A program made the position numbers and the translations under genes. From assembly GCA_902627245.1 (NCBI GenBank), contig CACOIH010000004.1, positions 8,041 through 72,040 of the forward strand: a stretch of 64,000 nucleotides of DNA, in the 5' to 3' direction. The stretch's first letter is position 1. Each line of letters opens with the position of its first letter. Below, one piece after another: positions 58,305-64,000 of the stretch. This DNA is from an uncultured Alphaproteobacteria bacterium (GTDB lineage: Bacteria; Pseudomonadota; Alphaproteobacteria; HIMB59; GCA-002718135). The notes under the pieces were generated by a model. It searched no databases, was not told the origin of the DNA, and saw nothing but the letters and a program-made list of their open reading frames with translations.

Positions 58305-59459
58305 ATGAACGCAATTATTAATGCATTTAATGCACAAAAAAAACTAATTTTTGCCAATGAAGGCAGATTGTTAAAGAAAGCTTTTTTTGGACTTTTGATT
58401 TTATCCTTGGCCTTTCAAGGTGGAGAGTTTGGTAATATTATAAGAAATTCTATAATAGATGCTTACATACAGGTTTCAGTTTTCGTTGGTTTTACACTAT
58501 TTGTTTTTATAGGATTAGATAGTTTAACTAAATTTGATGTAAAAATATTCCTCTCAAAAACTCAAAAAATTCATGTTCCAATAGCATCATTGCTTGGTGC
58601 TATCCCAGGATGTGGAGGGGCAATAATAGTTGTTACTCAATATATTCAAGGCCGTATTTCTTTTGGTTCTTTAGTAGCTGTACTTACAGCCACAATGGGA
58701 GATGCAGCTTTTTTAATACTGGCTATTGAACCTTCAACTGGTTTTTTAATATTTCTGCTTGGTATAGTTGCTGGTTCCACTACAGGTTATTTAATAGATA
58801 TGTTCCATGGCACAAATTATATGCTTCCTAATTTAAAAATGAATGTTCAATTTGAAAAAATAAAAAAAACCTTTGTCTCAAATTTTAATATATTTTGGAT
58901 AATATTATTTATCCCAGGATTTTTTCTGGGAATTCTTACAGCATTTCAAATTGAGTTTATCTCTGATATTTATAATACATTGTTTGTACTAGTGGGTTCA
59001 GGAGGTGCAATTCTATCAATCTTTATGTGGTCTTTAAATCCATTAAGTGATTTTCAGTGTTCAACGGATAAAAGTAGAGGGTATCTTTCTAGAGTTGTAG
59101 ATACAACCAATTTTGTAACAACCTGGGTTATTAGTGGCTTCCTAATTTTCGAAATATTTATGTATTTTACAACAATAGATTTAAAAATTTTTTTTGATCT
59201 ATGGATGCCTTTTGTCCCTTTAGTAGCAATCCTTTTTGGCTTTTTACCTGGTTGCGGACCTCAAGTCGTTGTGGCTACATTTTATCTTAACGGATATATC
59301 CCTCTTTCTGCTGAATTAGGTAATGCAATTTCTAATGATGGTGATGCCTTATTTCCAGCAATAGCATTAGCTCCAAAGGCTGCAGTTTTAGCAACGCTTT
59401 ATAGCGCTATTCCCGCTTTAATTGTGGCTTACACATACTTTTATATATTCGAAACATAA
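58305..59459 (+). CDS. Putative manganese transporter (internally repeated PGCG...GDA membrane family)
   Basis: Two repeats: PGCGG...ATMGDAAF and PGCGP...SNDGDALF. Divergent from mntR. ATG 58305 preferred because it lies downstream of the operator. Confidence 0.78.
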   Translation: MNAIINAFNAQKKLIFANEGRLLKKAFFGLLILSLAFQGGEFGNIIRNSIIDAYIQVSVFVGFTLFVFIGLDSLTKFDVKIFLSKTQKIHVPIASLLGAIPGCGGAIIVVTQYIQGRISFGSLVAVLTATMGDAAFLILAIEPSTGFLIFLLGIVAGSTTGYLIDMFHGTNYMLPNLKMNVQFEKIKKTFVSNFNIFWIILFIPGFFLGILTAFQIEFISDIYNTLFVLVGSGGAILSIFMWSLNPLSDFQCSTDKSRGYLSRVVDTTNFVTTWVISGFLIFEIFMYFTTIDLKIFFDLWMPFVPLVAILFGFLPGCGPQVVVATFYLNGYIPLSAELGNAISNDGDALFPAIALAPKAAVLATLYSAIPALIVAYTYFYIFET

Positions 59460-59460
59460 A

Positions 59461-59586
59461 TTGAAAAAAAATTTACCATCTAAAATTTGTAAAATATGTA
59501 AAAGAACTTTCTTTTGGAGAAAGAAGTGGGAAAGAGATTGGAAAAATGTCTTATATTGCTCTAAAAAGTGTTCGAAAAAAAAGTAA
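59461..59586 (+). CDS. DUF2256-like small Cys protein (41 aa), not in ORF track
   Basis: TTG start; [33 protein letters not shown] matches the CxxC.R.F.WRKKW...W..V.YCS..C pattern. Confidence 0.8.
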   Translation: MKKNLPSKICKICKRTFFWRKKWERDWKNVLYCSKKCSKKK

Positions 59587-59619
59587 ATTATAATAACTTA
59601 TCAATAAAATACCTTAATT

Positions 59620-59754
59620 ATGACAGAAAATAAAAATATAAAAAATAAAATAAAAACTAAAGAAAAAATTAGAAATTCAAGAATTAAAAGATTAGAAAGT
59701 CAGCTGAAAGCTAATATTTTAAAAAGGAAAGTAGCAAAAAAGAATAATGGATAA
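59620..59754 (+). CDS. Small basic protein (44 aa) upstream of murA, not in ORF track
   Basis: MTENKNIKNKIKTKEKIRNSRIKRLESQLKANILKRKVAKKNNG; overlaps the murA start. Confidence 0.6.
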   Translation: MTENKNIKNKIKTKEKIRNSRIKRLESQLKANILKRKVAKKNNG

Positions 59755-61003
59755 ACTAATTATATCTGGCAATAGTAAAATTAATGGGTCAATAAATGTT
59801 CACGGTTCTAAAAATGCAGCACTTCCAATTCTTGTTGCATCATTACTAAGTGATCAAAATTTGACTTTAAGTAATATTCCTAAAGTAGATGATATTAATA
59901 ATATGCAAAAATTACTTAAAGGGTTTGGCTCAAAAATAAAAATTAACAAAAATTCAATTACAATTAATAATAGAAATATAAAAAACATATCAGCAGATTA
60001 TGATATTGTTCGAAAAATGAGAGCTTCGGTATTAATCTTAGGCCCTCTTTTAGCACGTTTTGGTTACTCTAAAATATCTCTTCCTGGCGGATGTGCTATA
60101 GGGACTAGACCCATTGATATTCATCTGGAAGGCCTATCTAAATTAGGAGCCACATTTAAAATTGAAAATGGATTTGTAATTGGAAATGTAAACAATAGAT
60201 TAAAAGGCAGTATAATTAAACTTCCCTTTCCTAGTGTTGGGGCAACTGAAAATATTCTCATGGCATCTACTCTAGCAGAAGGTCAAACTATTATTAAACA
60301 AGCTGCTATGGAACCAGAAATAGAAGATCTTGGTAAATGCTTGATATCAATGGGAGCTAAAATTGAAGGCTTAGGTACAAAAAAAATAATTGTTGAAGGA
60401 GTTAAATCCTTAAGAGAAGCAAAACATAATATAATATCTGATAGAATTGTTGCTGGCACATATATAATTTTAGCAATTATGTTAAATTCTAAATTTCATG
60501 TAAAAAATTTTAATACTAATCATTTGCTTTCAGTAATAAATATTTTAAGAAAAATGAACTGTAATTTAAAGGTCAAAAAAAATTCTGTAAGAATATTTCC
60601 TAGTAGTAACTTAAAGTCGGCTAAAGTAACAACTAAGCCATATCCAGGTTTTCCAACTGACTTACAAGCTCAATTGATGGCATTAATGTGTATTGTGGAT
60701 GGAAATTCTCAAATTCAAGAAACCGTTTTTGAAAATCGGTTTATGCATGTTCCTGAATTAAACAGATTGGGAGCTAAAATTAAATTATTAAAAGATATTG
60801 CCTATATTAAAGGAGGGCAGCAATTTAAGGGGGCACAAGTTATGGCAAGTGACTTGAGAGCCAGTGTAAGTTTGGTGCTTGCTGCTCTTTGCGCAGAAGG
60901 ACAAACCGTAATAAATAGAGTATATCATTTAGACAGAGGGTATGAAAAAGTAGAAAAGGGCATCGGAATACTGGGCCCAAAAATAAAGAGAATTAAAATA
61001 TAA
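59747..61003 (+). CDS. murA: UDP-N-acetylglucosamine 1-carboxyvinyltransferase
   Basis: KNAALP, MRAS, LPGGCAIGTRP, PGFPTDLQAQ, DLRAS, HLDRGY. Confidence 0.97.
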   Translation: MDKLIISGNSKINGSINVHGSKNAALPILVASLLSDQNLTLSNIPKVDDINNMQKLLKGFGSKIKINKNSITINNRNIKNISADYDIVRKMRASVLILGPLLARFGYSKISLPGGCAIGTRPIDIHLEGLSKLGATFKIENGFVIGNVNNRLKGSIIKLPFPSVGATENILMASTLAEGQTIIKQAAMEPEIEDLGKCLISMGAKIEGLGTKKIIVEGVKSLREAKHNIISDRIVAGTYIILAIMLNSKFHVKNFNTNHLLSVINILRKMNCNLKVKKNSVRIFPSSNLKSAKVTTKPYPGFPTDLQAQLMALMCIVDGNSQIQETVFENRFMHVPELNRLGAKIKLLKDIAYIKGGQQFKGAQVMASDLRASVSLVLAALCAEGQTVINRVYHLDRGYEKVEKGIGILGPKIKRIKI

Positions 61004-61049
61004 CTTTTTCTAGTTTTTCATTAAATAAGATATATTAAGCTTTTTTTTT

Positions 61050-61697
61050 ATGACTAAAATTATAATTGCTGTTCCTCGAGGAAGAATTACAAAAGAATGT
61101 AGAAACATCTTATCAAAAACATCATTTGCACCTGATCCTATGTTATTTGATAAAAATACAAGAAAATTAAAATTTCAGTCCAGAAATAAAAATATAGAGT
61201 ACATCAAAGTTAGAGCATTCGATGCGTGCACTTTTGTTGCTTTTGGTGCGGCTCACATAGGCATTTCTGGAGAAGATGTTATTAAAGAATTTGATTACTC
61301 GGAAGTTTATGCACCAATAAATTTAAACATTGGTCATTGTAAAATATCAGTAGCAGCTCTAAAAAGTCTTCTAAAAAAAGAAGATCCTGAAACATGGAGT
61401 AATATAAGAGTTGCAACAAAATATCCAAATATAACAAAAAAATTTTTTGCTAGTAAAGGAATTCAAGTTGAAATTATTAAACTAAGTGGCTCTATGGAAT
61501 TAGCGCCGTCACTAAATATGTGTCGAAGAATAGTTGATTTAGTTTCAACTGGTAAAACATTAAAAGTTAATGGTCTTGTTGAAGTAGAAGAAATTATGAA
61601 AATTCAATCTAAGTTAATTGTAAATAGATCAGCATATAAGACTGAAAACTATAAGATTAATAAAATAATTTCAGAGTTTGAAAAAATCGTAAAATGA
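61050..61697 (+). CDS. hisG: ATP phosphoribosyltransferase (short form)
   Basis: P.GRI, RVATKYP, GSMELAP, IVDLVSTGKTL..NGL. Confidence 0.94.
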   Translation: MTKIIIAVPRGRITKECRNILSKTSFAPDPMLFDKNTRKLKFQSRNKNIEYIKVRAFDACTFVAFGAAHIGISGEDVIKEFDYSEVYAPINLNIGHCKISVAALKSLLKKEDPETWSNIRVATKYPNITKKFFASKGIQVEIIKLSGSMELAPSLNMCRRIVDLVSTGKTLKVNGLVEVEEIMKIQSKLIVNRSAYKTENYKINKIISEFEKIVK

Positions 61698-62977
61698 AAT
61701 TTCTGAATTCAAATGATAAAAGCTTCAATAAAAAGCTAAAAATAATTTTAGAAAAAAGAAGTAAAACTAATAATAAAATAATTGAAAATAATGTAAGTAA
61801 AATTATAGATGATGTAAAAATAAATGGTGATAAAGCGATTATAAAATATACAAATAAATTTGATAAAATTGAAATCAATAAGAATCAAATAAAATTAGAC
61901 TATAATAAAATTAGCGAGAACTTGAACTTAGATAAAAATATTCTTAACTGTTTTGATATTGCAATAAAAAATATAACTAAGTTTCATAAGAAGCAGTTAC
62001 CAAAAGATATCTCTCAGAAAGATAATAATATTAATTTAAGATCTAGATGGAAAGCAATTGACTCTGTCGGATTATATGTACCTGGTGGTAGTGCATTTTA
62101 TCCATCATCATTAATTATGAATGTTATTCCTGCAAAAATTGCTGGTGTAAAAAGAATAGTATGTGTGACCCCGCCATCCGTAAATGTTAATCCATATTTC
62201 TTGTCTCTAATAAAAAAACTTAAAATTGATGAAACATATTTTGTTGGAGGAGCTCAAGCAATTTCTGCTCTTGCAAATGGAACTGAAACAATTGATCCTG
62301 TAAATAAGATTTTTGGTCCTGGCAACTCTTATGTTGCAGAAGCTAAAAAACAATTATTTGGAAAAGTGGGTATTGATTTAATAGCTGGACCTTCAGAGAT
62401 AGTTGTTGTTGCTGACAAAAATAATAACTCAAAATGGGTAGCCTCTGATCTAATGGCACAAGCTGAACATGACCCAAATTCCCAATCAATTTTAATAACT
62501 GACAGTCCTGAATTTTCAAAAAAAGTTTTAAAAGATATAAATTCTCTAGTAAAAAAATTATCTAAGAAAAATATAATTAACTCTGCTCTCAAAAATAATG
62601 GCCTAATAATTTTAGTTAAAAAAATTGATGAATGTACAGATATTATTAATAAAATTGCTCCAGAACATTTGCACTTACATTTGAAATCTGGAAAGAAATT
62701 GCTAAATAATATAAATAATGCAGGTGGAATATTTTTAGGAGAATATTCAGCTGAAGCTTTTGGCGATTATATAGTTGGAACTAATCATGTACTTCCTACA
62801 TCGTCTTCTGCCAAATTCTCCTCTGGATTAGGTGTGTTAGATTTTATGAAGAGAAATTCTATAGTTGAAATGAATTACAAATCATTCCATGCTTTAAAAG
62901 ATTATACTAAAAGTTTAGCAGATATTGAGGGTTTAGAAGCTCACAAAATGTCAGTAAAAATTAGACAAAATAAATAA
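61694..62977 (+). CDS. hisD: Histidinol dehydrogenase
   Basis: GLYVPGG, GGAQAI, GPGN.YV, AGPSE, QAEHD, APEHL, NHVLPT. Confidence 0.96.
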   Translation: MKFLNSNDKSFNKKLKIILEKRSKTNNKIIENNVSKIIDDVKINGDKAIIKYTNKFDKIEINKNQIKLDYNKISENLNLDKNILNCFDIAIKNITKFHKKQLPKDISQKDNNINLRSRWKAIDSVGLYVPGGSAFYPSSLIMNVIPAKIAGVKRIVCVTPPSVNVNPYFLSLIKKLKIDETYFVGGAQAISALANGTETIDPVNKIFGPGNSYVAEAKKQLFGKVGIDLIAGPSEIVVVADKNNNSKWVASDLMAQAEHDPNSQSILITDSPEFSKKVLKDINSLVKKLSKKNIINSALKNNGLIILVKKIDECTDIINKIAPEHLHLHLKSGKKLLNNINNAGGIFLGEYSAEAFGDYIVGTNHVLPTSSSAKFSSGLGVLDFMKRNSIVEMNYKSFHALKDYTKSLADIEGLEAHKMSVKIRQNK

Positions 62978-63011
62978 AAATAATTATATAACTAAAAAAT
63001 ATAGGAGACAT

Positions 63012-63230
63012 ATGCCAAAAGAGGGTTCAATAGAATTTCAAGGAGTAGTGCTAGAACTTTTACCAAATGCAATGTTTAAAGTTAAACTTGAGAACGATCA
63101 TGAAATACTCGCCCATTCCTCAGGCAAAATGAGAAAAAATAGAATTAGAGTACTTGCTGGTGATAAAGTAACTGTAGAAATGACTCCTTACGATTTAACC
63201 AAAGGACGAATAACATTTAGATGGAAATAA
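63012..63230 (+). CDS. infA: Translation initiation factor IF-1
   Basis: [34 protein letters not shown]; SD AGGAG. Confidence 0.97.
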   Translation: MPKEGSIEFQGVVLELLPNAMFKVKLENDHEILAHSSGKMRKNRIRVLAGDKVTVEMTPYDLTKGRITFRWK

Positions 63231-63397
63231 AAAAAAATAATAAGAATAAAATTCTATCTCTTGAAAAAAAATATAAATGTCCAAATTGTAAAAAAAAAGC
63301 AATAGAACCTTTTGTGCCATTTTGCTCAAAAAAATGTGCTAGTATTGATCTCATGAAATGGCTAACCGATGAACATCAGGCTTCTATAAAAAATTGA
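63221..63397 (+). CDS. yacG: DNA gyrase inhibitor YacG (58 aa), not in ORF track
   Basis: CPNCKK....[16 protein letters not shown] zinc-finger pattern, located between infA and tRNA-Phe. Confidence 0.85.
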   Translation: MEIKKNNKNKILSLEKKYKCPNCKKKAIEPFVPFCSKKCASIDLMKWLTDEHQASIKN

Positions 63398-63454
63398 TTA
63401 AACATTAATATTTAATTGAATAAATTTCAAAAACACTTTATCAGCTATTATTGT

Positions 63455-63530
<76 letters not shown>

Positions 63531-63636
63531 CTTTTCTAAAATATGTAACATAAGAAGAGCTAAATTCTCTTTTACTTTCTTTAAAGTGAGTGTTTATGAT
63601 ATATATTTTTTACAATCTAATTAAAAAGTTTGTTTT

Positions 63637-64000
63637 ATGAAAAGCGATGCATTACTTCAGCCTTACATATTAAAACATTTAACAATAAAAAATAGGTTAA
63701 TGACAAGTGCGCATGAGCCATCATATGCTGAAGATGGTATGCCAAAAGAAAGGTATATAAACTACCATGCTGAAAGAGCAAAAGGTGGTTTGGGATTAAC
63801 TATGACAGCTGGAAGTGCAATAGTTTCTCCAGATTCTCCATCAACTTTTGGAAATTTACATGCTTATAAGGATGAAATAGTTCCTTGGTTGAAAAAATTA
63901 ACTAGTGAATGCCATGACTATGGTTCAAAAGTAATGATTCAAATTACTCACTTAGGAAGAAGAACTAATTGGAATCATTCTGACTGGCTACCTGTTGTGT
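63637..64000 (+). CDS. NADH:flavin oxidoreductase (old-yellow-enzyme fold; N-methylproline demethylase-like), 3'-truncated by the window edge
   Basis: MKSDALLQPY.LKHLTIKNR...AHEPSYAEDGMPKERY..YH.ERAKGG..LTMTAGS...MIQITHLGRRT; open to the window end. Confidence 0.82.
   Translation, partial: MKSDALLQPYILKHLTIKNRLMTSAHEPSYAEDGMPKERYINYHAERAKGGLGLTMTAGSAIVSPDSPSTFGNLHAYKDEIVPWLKKLTSECHDYGSKVMIQITHLGRRTNWNHSDWLPVV

Noticed and set aside
286-62592. Short ORF-track entries antisense or out of frame within larger genes (for example 286-501, 1367-1591, 2576-2890, 11834-12019, 14980-15348, 17495-17740, 19139-19432, 23041-23355, 28058-28315, 29407-29715, 43764-44081, 46056-46301, 51095-51631, 55180-55404, 62329-62592)
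   Set aside because: They are shadow ORFs overlapping genes with clear family motifs, and have no motifs or SD of their own.

Overview
A 64 kb stretch of a very AT-rich, densely packed alphaproteobacterial chromosome. The gene orders clpS-clpA-DUF482-ridA and murA-hisG-hisD-infA-yacG-tRNA-Phe, with intergenic gaps often only 0-20 bp, suggest a streamlined marine SAR11-like organism (inference only). About 2.3-33 kb is a carbohydrate-utilisation region. It holds galK and an N-acetylhexosamine cluster (GH20, oxidoreductase, ABC transporter with a tandemly duplicated permease, SIS protein, nagA, NagB-II type deaminase, GMC oxidoreductase, enolase-superfamily enzyme). It also holds a GLYK-type glycerate kinase, a short glpD, a minus-strand operon (CUT2 sugar ABC, GH4 glycosidase, MalK-type ATPase), a divergent PanB-like gene with an aldehyde dehydrogenase, and aglEFG with a LacI regulator. 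The rest is housekeeping genes, a ydcSTUV-patD polyamine operon, an MntR-transporter pair and two tRNAs. No mobile elements or CRISPR arrays were seen. The most notable unannotated signal is a candidate ~100 nt structured minus-strand small RNA at about 19848-19948. It exposes an anti-Shine-Dalgarno loop complementary to the translation starts of sugar-binding-protein genes in this window, and it lies behind a third copy of the local LacI-type operator. Several small ORFs missing from the ORF track were also read from the sequence. All calls come from motif recognition by eye; no searches were run.
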